The notes beneath the pieces were generated by a model. It was not told the DNA's origin. It did not search any database and saw nothing but the letters and a program-made list of their open reading frames with translations. Shown here one piece after another: positions 19,018 to 27,439 of a stretch of 41,303 bases of DNA. The translations under genes and the position numbers were made by a program. The DNA lies in assembly GCA_965369655.1 (NCBI GenBank), contig CBDUQR010000025.1, forward strand, positions 1 through 41,303, in the 5' to 3' direction. Within the stretch, counting starts at the first letter, position 1. Every line of letters starts with the position of its first letter. This stretch comes from an uncultured bacterium. Its GTDB lineage: Bacteria; Zixibacteria; MSB-5A5; JAABVY01; JAHJOQ01.

Positions 19018-19125
19018 ATGGGTGACAAAGGAAGTAAAGATAAAGGCAAAAGGGAAAAACAGACAAAGGCACAGCGTAGTCCAAAGGAAAAACGAAAATT
19101 GAAAAAAGAGAAGAAGAAGAAATAA
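19018..19125 (+). CDS. Lys-rich small protein 2 (35 aa, MGDKGSKDKGKREKQTKAQRSPKEKRKLKKEKKKK)
   Basis: AGGGAG RBS before ATG 19018; same MGDKG start as protein 1 but with different codons. Confidence 0.7.
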   Translation: MGDKGSKDKGKREKQTKAQRSPKEKRKLKKEKKKK

Positions 19126-19157
19126 ATTCCGAGTGCTATCCGGTGTCTTAATATCAG

Positions 19158-19223
19158 TCAAGTAGCGCAGGAGCGTCTCACTCCGGCGTAACAAATAGCA
19201 GGTGTCGGGGACACCTGTCCTAC
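19158..19223 (+). repeat. REPIN copy B
   Basis: TCAAGTAGCGCAGGAGCGTCTCACTCCGGCGTAACAAATAGCAGGTGTCGGGGACACCTGTCCTAC; 66 nt, 4 mismatches to copy C. Confidence 0.9.
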
Positions 19224-19419
19224 AAGAGCTTTATTTGTTGAAATTTCTAAATCTAATCGAAATGGTTTCAAATTCCCTGGTTTTTTCTTTTTCTCCCTCA
19301 AATAACCATATTTCAGATAATTATGTTAAATAATGTTCAGATCAGCTTTATAACTAAATGACAAGACAGTATTTAGATGATATTCCTCCCAAGATATATT
19401 TTTTCAGAAAAAGTTTGGT

Positions 19420-19453
19420 TTTGTAAGAAAAATAAGGTACTATTTCTTACAAA
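19420..19453. promoter_or_regulatory. Inverted-repeat operator upstream of the type IV TA operon
   Basis: TTTGTAAGAAA-N12-TTTCTTACAAA perfect 11-bp inverted repeat, 18 nt before the ATG; AbiEi-type antitoxins are known to autorepress via promoter inverted repeats. Confidence 0.65.
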
Positions 19454-19471
19454 TAGAGAGTTTTTATTAAA

Positions 19472-20086
19472 ATGCAAAGCGTAGAAAGTAAAATACTTAA
19501 CAAAATATATGAACACGGAAGGGGTTGGGTGTTTTCTCAAAATGATTTTGCGCCCTTAGGAGGCCGTTCAGTGATTGATACCTCGCTATATCGTCTGGTG
19601 AAGAAGCGAACCATCAGACGCGTAATCCGAGGCATTTATGACTACCCCCCATATAGTAAGAGACTCAAGCAGCAATTGAGCCCGGATATCGATAAAGTGG
19701 CTCAAGCTATTGCCCGAAAGTTCGGATGGAGCATTCAACCAAGCGGACCTGCCGCACTCAATATCTTAGGGTTATCGACGCAAGTGCCAGGGAAATATCT
19801 CTATCTTTCAAGTGGACCCAATCGGACCTATACTATCAGCAAAACAGGATTGGTTTTCCGCAAAACGGTTTCAAAAGAAACAGGTTTTAAGCGCCATGAA
19901 AGTGCTATCGTCGTTCAGGCACTCAAATCGTTGGGTAAAGAAGGCATATCATCAAAGGTTATTAACACAATGAGAGGATGGCTCGATCCAGAGTTAAAGA
20001 CTGAACTGCTCAACGAAACAACAACAGTCACAGGTTGGGTCTATGATGCAATTCGTGAAATCTGTCTGGGAAATACCGATGGATAA
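19472..20086 (+). CDS. DUF6088/AbiEi-like type IV antitoxin (winged-helix regulator)
   Basis: VFSQNDF, LYRLVKKRTIRRVIRGIY, AALNILGLSTQVP, YLSSGPNR; overlaps the toxin gene by 8 nt. Confidence 0.85.
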   Translation: MQSVESKILNKIYEHGRGWVFSQNDFAPLGGRSVIDTSLYRLVKKRTIRRVIRGIYDYPPYSKRLKQQLSPDIDKVAQAIARKFGWSIQPSGPAALNILGLSTQVPGKYLYLSSGPNRTYTISKTGLVFRKTVSKETGFKRHESAIVVQALKSLGKEGISSKVINTMRGWLDPELKTELLNETTTVTGWVYDAIREICLGNTDG

Positions 20087-21065
20087 GATTGCCAGATGGC
20101 CCGACAATGAACGAACCGAGCTTTTTCAAGAAACCGCTGCCCGCAAAGGAATGGTTCCTGCCATTATCGAGAAAGATTTCTGGGTTTGTTGGGTTCTCGG
20201 TAAACTGTTTGCCAATGATATCCTTCACAGCAAAATCATGTTCAAAGGAGGCACATCACTTTCTAAAGTGTTCAAGCTAATTGAGCGTTTTTCAGAGGAT
20301 ATTGATCTGATTCTTGATTGGAATGAAGTAGCCCCTGAGGACTTGGCTTTAGATCGCACCAGAACACAGCAGGACAAGTTAAACAAACTTGTTATAAAAC
20401 TGACGAAACGATACATAGAAAAGCGATTCTTGCCTGAAGTACAGAAACTAATCGAAGGAGTTTGTAAGGCGGCAATTGACGAGAAAACATCTAATGTGAT
20501 CGACATCAGTTATCCAGCTGCTTTTAAGGATGAGTACATACCGTCGAGAATTAAGTTGGAAATCGGACCGCTTGCTGCGTGGATACCGAATGATGAACAT
20601 GAAATAGAACCTTACTCTGCCGAAGAGTTTCCTGACCAATTCGAGAATCCTACCTGCAAAGTCCGAGTTATCAATGCCGAACGTACTTTCTGGGATAAAG
20701 TGACAATCCTTCATCGTGAAGCTCATCGCCCTAAAGCGAAACCCATTGATGAACGTTACTCCCGGCATTACTATGATCTCATGGTCATGGCAAAATCCCC
20801 GATAAAGAAACAAGCATTTAACGATTTGAATCTCTTGCGTAGCGTGGTAAAATTCAAAGATAAATTCTATCATCAAGAGTGGGCATGTTATGACTTAGCC
20901 AAGCCAGGTACGTTGAAACTCATTCCGCCTGAACATATATTACGTTCTATGCGGACAGACTACCGAGATATGCAAATCATGATATTCGGAGACACACCAA
21001 AGTTTGATGAAATCATAATGACATTGGATAAGCTGGAACAGGAAATCAATGAACTGAGGGACTAA
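20079..21065 (+). CDS. AbiEii/AbiGii-family nucleotidyltransferase toxin
   Basis: IEKDFWVCWVL, FKGGTSLSK, RFSEDIDL, ERTFWDK, SRHYYD; ATG at 20079. Confidence 0.92.
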   Translation: MDKIARWPDNERTELFQETAARKGMVPAIIEKDFWVCWVLGKLFANDILHSKIMFKGGTSLSKVFKLIERFSEDIDLILDWNEVAPEDLALDRTRTQQDKLNKLVIKLTKRYIEKRFLPEVQKLIEGVCKAAIDEKTSNVIDISYPAAFKDEYIPSRIKLEIGPLAAWIPNDEHEIEPYSAEEFPDQFENPTCKVRVINAERTFWDKVTILHREAHRPKAKPIDERYSRHYYDLMVMAKSPIKKQAFNDLNLLRSVVKFKDKFYHQEWACYDLAKPGTLKLIPPEHILRSMRTDYRDMQIMIFGDTPKFDEIIMTLDKLEQEINELRD

Positions 21066-21209
21066 ATAGCTAAAGAGCATGTAGAAACTTGACCCGAAAT
21101 TTGACGGCGTACCGTTTTGGAGTCTCTTGAAGAGAACTGACCATAGACAAGGTGATAGTTCGGAATTCGTGCAAGCGGCTCCCGTTGTTGTTCACCCCAT
21201 ACCACCCAG

Positions 21210-21275
21210 TCAAGTAGCGCAGGAGTGCCCCACTCCTGCGTAACAAATAGCAGGTGTCGGGGACACCTGTCCTAC
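21210..21275 (+). repeat. REPIN copy C (most intact)
   Basis: TCAA-GTAG-CGCAGGAGT-GCCCC-ACTCCTGCG-TAACAAATA-GCAGGTGTC-GGG-GACACCTGT-C-CTAC: two inverted GTAG-REP hairpins. Confidence 0.92.
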
Positions 21276-21449
21276 AAGATCTCTCACCTGTTTCTCACGC
21301 GCTATGCGGACGTAAGCTACTTCCTCCACATTGTGAAAACAACAGCGTAGATTATGCTGCGAGTAAAGATGCCGATATGAAATAATGTATCGGTGCAGAC
21401 AGGAGTATGGCCTGCTGAGTTCAGTCAGAATTGAGAACCGGAGAATCAC

Positions 21450-22676
21450 ATGCGAAAAGAAATCATTATTGTCGAAGGGCATATTGTCGACTCGGGTATC
21501 ATGTCTGACGTTCTTGATACGGTCATAAAATCAGGCGCGCAGTTTAAGATCATCTCCTTCGATATGGGCAAGACCAACCTCGACATCTCGCGCGCAAAGA
21601 TCGAAATCTCAGGCGAATCCAATGTCATATCCGCATTGCTGCCGAGACTGAATGTGTTCGGATGCTATCTCGATTCTCCAAAGGAAGCCTGTATCAGGGA
21701 GGCTGAGGCCGATAAAGTCGTGCCGGATGATTTCTACTCGACAACCAATCATACCACGAAAGTTTTCATTGACGGTCGCTGGGTCACCGTTCGCAATCAG
21801 AGAATGGACGCGGTGATTGTTATCGAGCCTGATGGTCCTGTGTGTCGCAAGCTCAGAGATACAAAAGCAGGAGACAGGGTCGTGTGCGAAGTTGAAGGCA
21901 TCAGAGTCATGCCACAGTTCACTGACAGAGCCAGGTCTGATTTCGCATTCATGACAAACGGGATATCGTCGGAACGTCGCGTCGAGTTGGCAGTCGAGAG
22001 AGTCGCAGAGATCATAGCGCCGCCCGACGTCAAAACAGCGATCGTCGCAGGGCCGGTAGTCGTGCACACCGGATCATCGCATGCGCTTTGCAGCTTGATC
22101 GAATCCGGCTACGTCGACCTGTTGCTGTCGGGCAATGCGCTCGCAGTTCACGATATCGAGCAGTCGTTGTACGGGACATCGCTTGGAATTCACATCGACA
22201 ACGGCCTGCCGGTCGATGAGGGACATCGCAACCACATGAGAGCGATAAATGCAATCAACAGAGCCGGATCGATCGAGAACGCTGTCGCGTCGGGTGTCCT
22301 TCGCTCAGGCATTATGCACGCCTGCGTGAGGAAAAGCGTGCCGTTCGTGCTGGCTGGTTCCATCCGCGATGATGGTCCGCTACCTGAAGTTATCACTGAC
22401 ATGAACGAGGCACAGGAGAAATATGCCGAATCGTTGCGCGATATCGATGTCGTCCTGATGCTCTCGACAATGCTCCATTCGATAGCGGTCGGCAACATGC
22501 TGCCATCGAGCGCCAGGACGATAATCGTTGATATCAATCCGTCTGTAGTGACAAAACTCTCAGATCGCGGATCAGCCCAGGCTGTCGGCATCGTCACCGA
22601 TGTCGGGCTGTTCATGAATCTCCTGTCACAGAAACTCGCTGCAAAACCAGCCTTTCAGATAGGTTGCCCGCTGTAA
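21450..22676 (+). CDS. TIGR00300-family protein (LOR/SDH-like; ornithine cyclodeaminase-type domain)
   Basis: EGHIVDSG, FYSTTNH, RMDA, SSER, GPVVVHTG, GNALAVHDIE, GHRNH, AGSIRDDGPLP, MLHSIAVGN, KLSDRGS. Confidence 0.9.
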   Translation: MRKEIIIVEGHIVDSGIMSDVLDTVIKSGAQFKIISFDMGKTNLDISRAKIEISGESNVISALLPRLNVFGCYLDSPKEACIREAEADKVVPDDFYSTTNHTTKVFIDGRWVTVRNQRMDAVIVIEPDGPVCRKLRDTKAGDRVVCEVEGIRVMPQFTDRARSDFAFMTNGISSERRVELAVERVAEIIAPPDVKTAIVAGPVVVHTGSSHALCSLIESGYVDLLLSGNALAVHDIEQSLYGTSLGIHIDNGLPVDEGHRNHMRAINAINRAGSIENAVASGVLRSGIMHACVRKSVPFVLAGSIRDDGPLPEVITDMNEAQEKYAESLRDIDVVLMLSTMLHSIAVGNMLPSSARTIIVDINPSVVTKLSDRGSAQAVGIVTDVGLFMNLLSQKLAAKPAFQIGCPL

Positions 22677-22922
22677 GGGCTTGTTGAAAACCTTATTACG
22701 AACACATATGTGCACACAGTGGCTGTGCCGCTGTGTGCTCAGCTTACGCACAGCAAGTAGATACAGCACAGAATCCGCAGGGGCACAGCCCCTGCGAGCA
22801 CTTGAACAGACTGTTACGCTGTTATGGCAGGTCACAATCCCGTTCACACAGGCTCAAGACCAGACACAACTGGGGGAGCACATGAGAGTGTAATAAGCGA
22901 GAGATAATATCATTTTTCCTAC

Positions 22923-22951
22923 TTGACAATCAGGGACTGGTTTGGTATAAT
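22923..22951 (+). promoter_or_regulatory. Consensus sigma70 promoter
   Basis: TTGACA (22923-28), 17 nt, TATAAT (22946-51) with extended TGn. Confidence 0.8.
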
Positions 22952-23145
22952 ATCGATGCACATTCCTCTGCACTTGCCCTACCAATGCCCTATCTTCTGG
23001 GCGATTAGGACTGGATCTGGAGTCGGCCTGTGTAACCCGGACCGACTCATCTTATATGGGCTGATCAGGTTCCTATTGCAGATTCGCGGTTCCGGGCTAT
23101 ATTAAGTCAGTATCGTTTTTGCTACACACCCGGGAGAATGCGGAC

Positions 23146-24543
23146 ATGAAGAGAATTACCGGCATTACAATCGCATTGATCATATTGCTTTTCGCGACAG
23201 TCTATGGTCAGGCTTCGGAGAAACCATTTGCCTCGGCTTTCACATCGGCAGCAGCCGAGAGCGTTCAATTCGACGTCGATTTCCCAGACACCATCGGTGC
23301 AGATTCATCGATTTCCCACAGGGTCATCTATCGTGATCCATCGGTTACGACATGGAACACAGCCGATATGAGCGAGCTCTATACGAGTTGTTCGCTCTAC
23401 ACGTTTTCCGCGACGGTCGAATATGCGACCTCGACAGAATCGCTCGAGTGGTATTTCAGTTCTGAGATGGATTCAGGTATCGTTACACAATCGCCGAAGA
23501 ACGTGAGCGACGATTTTCCTGTGCCGGCTTATTTGCTTGCCGATCTGGGTGAAGATCCTGTCGGAGATGTAGAAGGCGGCGGAGGCAGTCACCTCGATAT
23601 CGTTCACGCGTACGCAAGCTACTCCGATCAAAAGCTGTATGTTCGGCTCGACAACAACGGTGGGGGCTTCCCGACAAGTTCCGGTTTCAATTTCTATCTC
23701 TACTCTGTGGGAATTGTCGATCCCGACATGACCGATTCGGTAGCATTCTCGTTTGTCTATGTGAATGTTCCGTTCGTTATGACTCCCGGTTTGTACAAGC
23801 TTGACCCGTCAGACAGCTCGCTGACCAGGATTGGCGACATCTCGACAAACATATCGGGCAACTCGCTCAGCATGTCGTGCGACATCTCTGATCTGACATC
23901 TCAGCCGGAGTGGTCGGACTGGCCGCCACCATCGGGGTTTGTTGTCCTTGCACCAGTCACCGCTACTCAGGGTCTGTTTGATCTGGTAACAAACGACTGG
24001 GGCAGGATTGCGGTCTATCTGCCTGAATCTCAGACGACCGACTACTCGGTGAACGGCGCACCGATCCTTTCCGGGGCGAGCGCATCCGATGATGGAAGCG
24101 AAGCGATTCTGGTTCAGGTGACATACTCCGATCCGGATAACAACATGGCGGTCTTGAGGCGAGTCTACATCGATGACAACGCGCATGACATGACGGCATG
24201 CGAGAAAGGTTATCTCAATGGCACCCTGTTCGAGGCGACTGTCGAAGTCGATTCTACCGGATGGTACGATTACTATTTCGAATTCTCTGATGGCGTCGAG
24301 ATGGTCACAACCGATCTCGATTCGGTCTATGTCGAGGTGCCGACTTATGTTCCCGGCGATGCCGATGGTTCCGGAGAGGTCGATATCGATGACGTTGTGT
24401 ATCTTATCCAGTACATATTCTCGAGTAGCCCCGCGCCCGACCCGCTCGAATCGGGCGACGCTGACTGCTCAGGAGAAGTCGACATCGATGACGTCGTTTA
24501 TCTCATCGAATACATCTTCGCCAGTGGCCCACCACCGTGCTGA
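23146..24543 (+). CDS. Secreted protein of unknown function with C-terminal dockerin-like domain
   Basis: GGGAG RBS, signal peptide MKRITGITIALIILLFATVYG, beta-rich body, two GDAD.SGEVDIDDVVYLI repeats. Confidence 0.85.
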   Translation: MKRITGITIALIILLFATVYGQASEKPFASAFTSAAAESVQFDVDFPDTIGADSSISHRVIYRDPSVTTWNTADMSELYTSCSLYTFSATVEYATSTESLEWYFSSEMDSGIVTQSPKNVSDDFPVPAYLLADLGEDPVGDVEGGGGSHLDIVHAYASYSDQKLYVRLDNNGGGFPTSSGFNFYLYSVGIVDPDMTDSVAFSFVYVNVPFVMTPGLYKLDPSDSSLTRIGDISTNISGNSLSMSCDISDLTSQPEWSDWPPPSGFVVLAPVTATQGLFDLVTNDWGRIAVYLPESQTTDYSVNGAPILSGASASDDGSEAILVQVTYSDPDNNMAVLRRVYIDDNAHDMTACEKGYLNGTLFEATVEVDSTGWYDYYFEFSDGVEMVTTDLDSVYVEVPTYVPGDADGSGEVDIDDVVYLIQYIFSSSPAPDPLESGDADCSGEVDIDDVVYLIEYIFASGPPPC

Positions 24544-24579
24544 TGGGACGGTGTGTTCGCACACTGTTCAATGTTTGAG

Positions 24580-24613
24580 TTAAGTAGCGCAGGAGTGCCC
24601 CACTCCTGCGTAA
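24580..24613 (+). repeat. REP copy D (left arm only)
   Basis: TTAAGTAGCGCAGGAGTGCCCCACTCCTGCGTAA, identical to the left arm of copy C from AAGTAG onward. Confidence 0.9.
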
Positions 24614-24651
24614 AGAATTATCATGTCAACAATAGGAACGCACTTTCATTT

Positions 24652-26712
24652 TCAGAAGCGCCTAAATTGACGTTTCAAACCGATACCAACGAATACAAGT
24701 AGCATTATCAAAACAACTGAATTGGTCAAAGATAAGAGTACATCACAATTCCCAAGTGCTTCTGGAGCAAACCTTTTCGTACCATATCTGAAGTACGACA
24801 ATGGAATTAGATGATACAAGGAGAACAGTAGTGATGAAAACATGTCTGAATCAAGATTTGATAAGTTTGGAAGATCAACGCACATGTCAAAGTTGATACT
24901 CTTATCTCTGTCACTAAAGCCATTGAAAAGATGCAGGAGAGCAAAAATGATAGTACTAAAGGAGAACCAGGTGATGGTCCATATTGGTTTTTCACCATAG
25001 CCTGCAAGGACTCGATAGAGATTGAAAAGCCAGAGTCGAGGGGAAAGGAATCGGCGCCTTAGTCTTCCTAACACATGTTCTTTGTCTTTGTACTTCTGGA
25101 GCAACTCCATTCTCTTCATCTCAAACTCGTTAAAGTAAAACCAGCTTGCCATATTGTAATCTTTGATTCGATCTGCAGCTGTTTTCATACGGCGGTAGAG
25201 TTCAGCTACCTGCCAATGTTTTGTGAGAAGCTTCGTTTCGTAATAATCAACCTCGTCGTCATTTACATCCGAGTAAGTTTGGAGTCGTTCGGACAACAGT
25301 TGCTCTTCCATCAATTGGTTCTTTCGCTTGAAAGGAATCCACAGCCAGGACACCAACCGTTCGCTTCTGATCATCCATAGTGGAGAAACGAAGTGTGCTT
25401 CCTCAAAGAAAGGGCAGGTGAAGAACGAGAAAAGCCCCATATTGTTGTTAACGAAATAAACATTTCTCAAGGCACATTCTCTAAGGAGTACTGTAGGTTG
25501 CAGCGATATATCGTTGACAGGAAGCTCTGATTGAAAACTGAAATTTTCAAAGTAAGTAAGAAAGGGATTGAAATGAACTCGTTTGAACAGAATCCTTGGC
25601 CACTTGTTCCCACTCTTCAGAAAAGTAGGATCGGAGAATACAAATCGAGAACCATCTTTGAATCGAACATTATCAAATGAAATATCTGATGAAATCTCAA
25701 CGTCTTGCATGATGAGATTCCCGTCGATGTCATGTCCATAGAAATCGACTTGAGAGCACAAGAATTTCGCACATGTGAAATTCACTGAACATTCATGAAA
25801 ATCTACACCAACAAAGGTGACAACACCCTCAGAGAACCGGGAGTAAACAAAAGCAACACTTTCACAATTGAACTGTGAGTATTGGAAATTGACAAGACCT
25901 CTTTCAAACTGTGCTTGACTAAAAGAAACAAATCGACCGTCAAAGTGGCACTCTTCGAAGACGGCACAGATTTCATATGTCCTATTTCTCAGTTCATAAG
26001 CACGACTGTCTACAAGTTCGCTTGATTTGACCTTATGCCCCCTGAACCGACAGGACATGAAGTTTGTGCTGTCACCACTGAAGGTAGCGCGATCAAATTT
26101 CGCAGCACCTCCAAGAAATAAAGCTTTATTGAAAGTCGCATCTGACTGGAAGGTTACTCTCCTGAAATCTGCACAGATAGCGTGTTCTTGTTGTTCATTA
26201 TTGCTCGGTTTGAAGCGTGCAAGCCGGAAATCTGCTTCCTTTTTGAATTCGCTACGAACGAAAATGCAACCTGCCCGAAACCTCGCGGATCGAAAATCGA
26301 CTTTCTGCTCAAACACAGCGTCAGTGAAATCAGTCTCGGACCAGAAACCACAATCTACGAATCTTGATTTGCCTTTGAATGTAGTTTCCGAGAATGTCGC
26401 CTCTCCGTAAAACTTGGAGCTGCTGAAATCCACGCCACCGGGAAACTGGATTTCTGAGAAATCGACATTGCCATGAAACTCGCATTCTGAGAAGTTTATC
26501 CCTTGGCGGTAAGTGTGACCTGTAAATCTAATATCAAAAGGAAATACGAAGCCCCGAAAATTGTAATTGCCGTTGAGCAGACGGGTCTTAATCAGTTTGT
26601 TGAATTCTTGGCTGCCACGTTTGGCCGATTGTGGCGGTGCATGGAATATGCAGAACTTACCATCACCAACGGTCACTTCATTACAATCCTCGTATGAGCA
26701 TTGTGGCGGCAT
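24652..26712 (-). CDS. Pentapeptide-repeat protein with N-terminal Cys/His motif and C-terminal membrane (ion-channel-like) segment
   Basis: CSYEDC...FCIFH; many A(D/N)F-x-x-x-x-F repeats; GYGEKP followed by hydrophobic helices; AT-richer than the flanks. Confidence 0.85.
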   Translation of the reverse strand: MPPQCSYEDCNEVTVGDGKFCIFHAPPQSAKRGSQEFNKLIKTRLLNGNYNFRGFVFPFDIRFTGHTYRQGINFSECEFHGNVDFSEIQFPGGVDFSSSKFYGEATFSETTFKGKSRFVDCGFWSETDFTDAVFEQKVDFRSARFRAGCIFVRSEFKKEADFRLARFKPSNNEQQEHAICADFRRVTFQSDATFNKALFLGGAAKFDRATFSGDSTNFMSCRFRGHKVKSSELVDSRAYELRNRTYEICAVFEECHFDGRFVSFSQAQFERGLVNFQYSQFNCESVAFVYSRFSEGVVTFVGVDFHECSVNFTCAKFLCSQVDFYGHDIDGNLIMQDVEISSDISFDNVRFKDGSRFVFSDPTFLKSGNKWPRILFKRVHFNPFLTYFENFSFQSELPVNDISLQPTVLLRECALRNVYFVNNNMGLFSFFTCPFFEEAHFVSPLWMIRSERLVSWLWIPFKRKNQLMEEQLLSERLQTYSDVNDDEVDYYETKLLTKHWQVAELYRRMKTAADRIKDYNMASWFYFNEFEMKRMELLQKYKDKEHVLGRLRRRFLSPRLWLFNLYRVLAGYGEKPIWTITWFSFSTIIFALLHLFNGFSDRDKSINFDMCVDLPNLSNLDSDMFSSLLFSLYHLIPLSYFRYGTKRFAPEALGNCDVLLSLTNSVVLIMLLVFVGIGLKRQFRRF

Positions 26713-26794
26713 GAAATATCACCTTACCTTCAATTAACGTCTTTGCAAGACATCAATCTATACGAGCGACTTGTTTTGTCAACCCAAACTCCGG

Positions 26795-26847
26795 TCAAGT
26801 TAGTAGCGCAGGAGTGTCCCACTCCTGCCGATTTTGATAGCAGATGT
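26795..26847 (+). repeat. REP copy E (left arm plus decayed spacer/right arm)
   Basis: TCAAGTTAGTAGCGCAGGAGTGTCCCACTCCTGCC-GATTTTGATAGCAGATGT. Confidence 0.85.
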
Positions 26848-26875
26848 TTTTTCCTTTTCGCGCTTCGCGCGAATT

Positions 26876-26956
26876 GTCGAAACCGCCCTTCGCAGGCTCA
26901 GGACAGGTAAAGGTTTCGACCTACCCGATGTCACGCCCCGAGCGGGCATGACCTAC
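26876..26956 (-). repeat. Two further GTAG-type REPs, one carrying a nested CCCTTCG..GCTCAGGACAGG unit
   Basis: GTCGAAACC-G[CCCTTCGCAGGCTCAGGACAGG]TAAA-GGTTTCGAC-CTAC and GTCACGCCC-CGAGC-GGGCATGAC-CTAC. Confidence 0.7.
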
Positions 26957-26961
26957 GAATT

Positions 26962-27243
26962 CTATATCCGCAGTTTATGTATCGAGAGGAGGTCTTTTCT
27001 GAAATAGAATATCTGGAGTCCCATCAAGAGCAACAAAATGTCGCGCCAGATCAGATCGATTGCGCTCCCCTTCGCTCTGTCTGAGAGCGAGAAACAACCG
27101 CAGTTGATGTCGACGCCGCGCACATAGACAATTGTCAGCGCGATCAGGAACATCACGAGCATCACGTTGATGAGCGTCACCGCGCCTCTCGGCCACATCC
27201 CGATAATAAGGCAGATACCGGCGAGCATCTCGATCATCGGCAA
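26962..27243 (-). pseudogene. 5'-truncated MauE/DoxX-family membrane protein
   Basis: LPMIEMLAGICLIIG...RGVDINCGCF...IWRDILLL is the C-terminal two-thirds of the family; the first TM/K-motif segment and an RBS are missing. Confidence 0.7.
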
Positions 27244-27248
27244 CCCGA

Positions 27249-27356
27249 TCAGCTCCGCTCGAATTCCGCCTCGAGGTAAAGACTGTCGACGAAATCATCT
27301 GCATAGCATATCGCCGCCAGCATCAGGATCGTTACTGTACGCAGAAGCAAATTCAT
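27249..27356 (-). pseudogene. Possible 3'-truncated secreted-protein gene start (35 aa)
   Basis: MNLLLRTVTILMLAAICYA-DDFVDSLYLEAEFERS*: signal-peptide-like start that stops where the MauE fragment begins. Confidence 0.4.
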
Positions 27357-27439
27357 ACCATTTCCGAATATCATCATAGCAAGCAAATTGACAGCGTGAC
27401 AGGCCACGCGTATATTCAGGCAAATATAAGGAGATACCG

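Noticed and set aside
17193-19194. Hydrophobic minus-strand ORFs 17193-17378 and 18949-19194 as membrane peptides or type I toxins
   Set aside because: Their Phe/Leu richness mirrors the Lys codons of the + strand micro-ORFs, which have the RBS and conserved start; not strictly excluded.
13050-21400. Classical integrase island with a duplicated tRNA 3' end (attR)
   Set aside because: No integrase ORF, and I could not find a second copy of the tRNA-Ser 3' end in the window.
22677-22900. ORF 22681-22893 and an IS-like end (GGGCTTGTTGAAAA)
   Set aside because: No partner inverted repeat, transposase or protein motif found.
16955-26847. REPIN copies as a CRISPR array or integron attC sites
   Set aside because: Spacing is kilobases and irregular, no cas or intI gene is present, and the elements lack RYYYAAC/GTTRRRY ends; GTAG/CTAC-bounded hairpins fit REPs.
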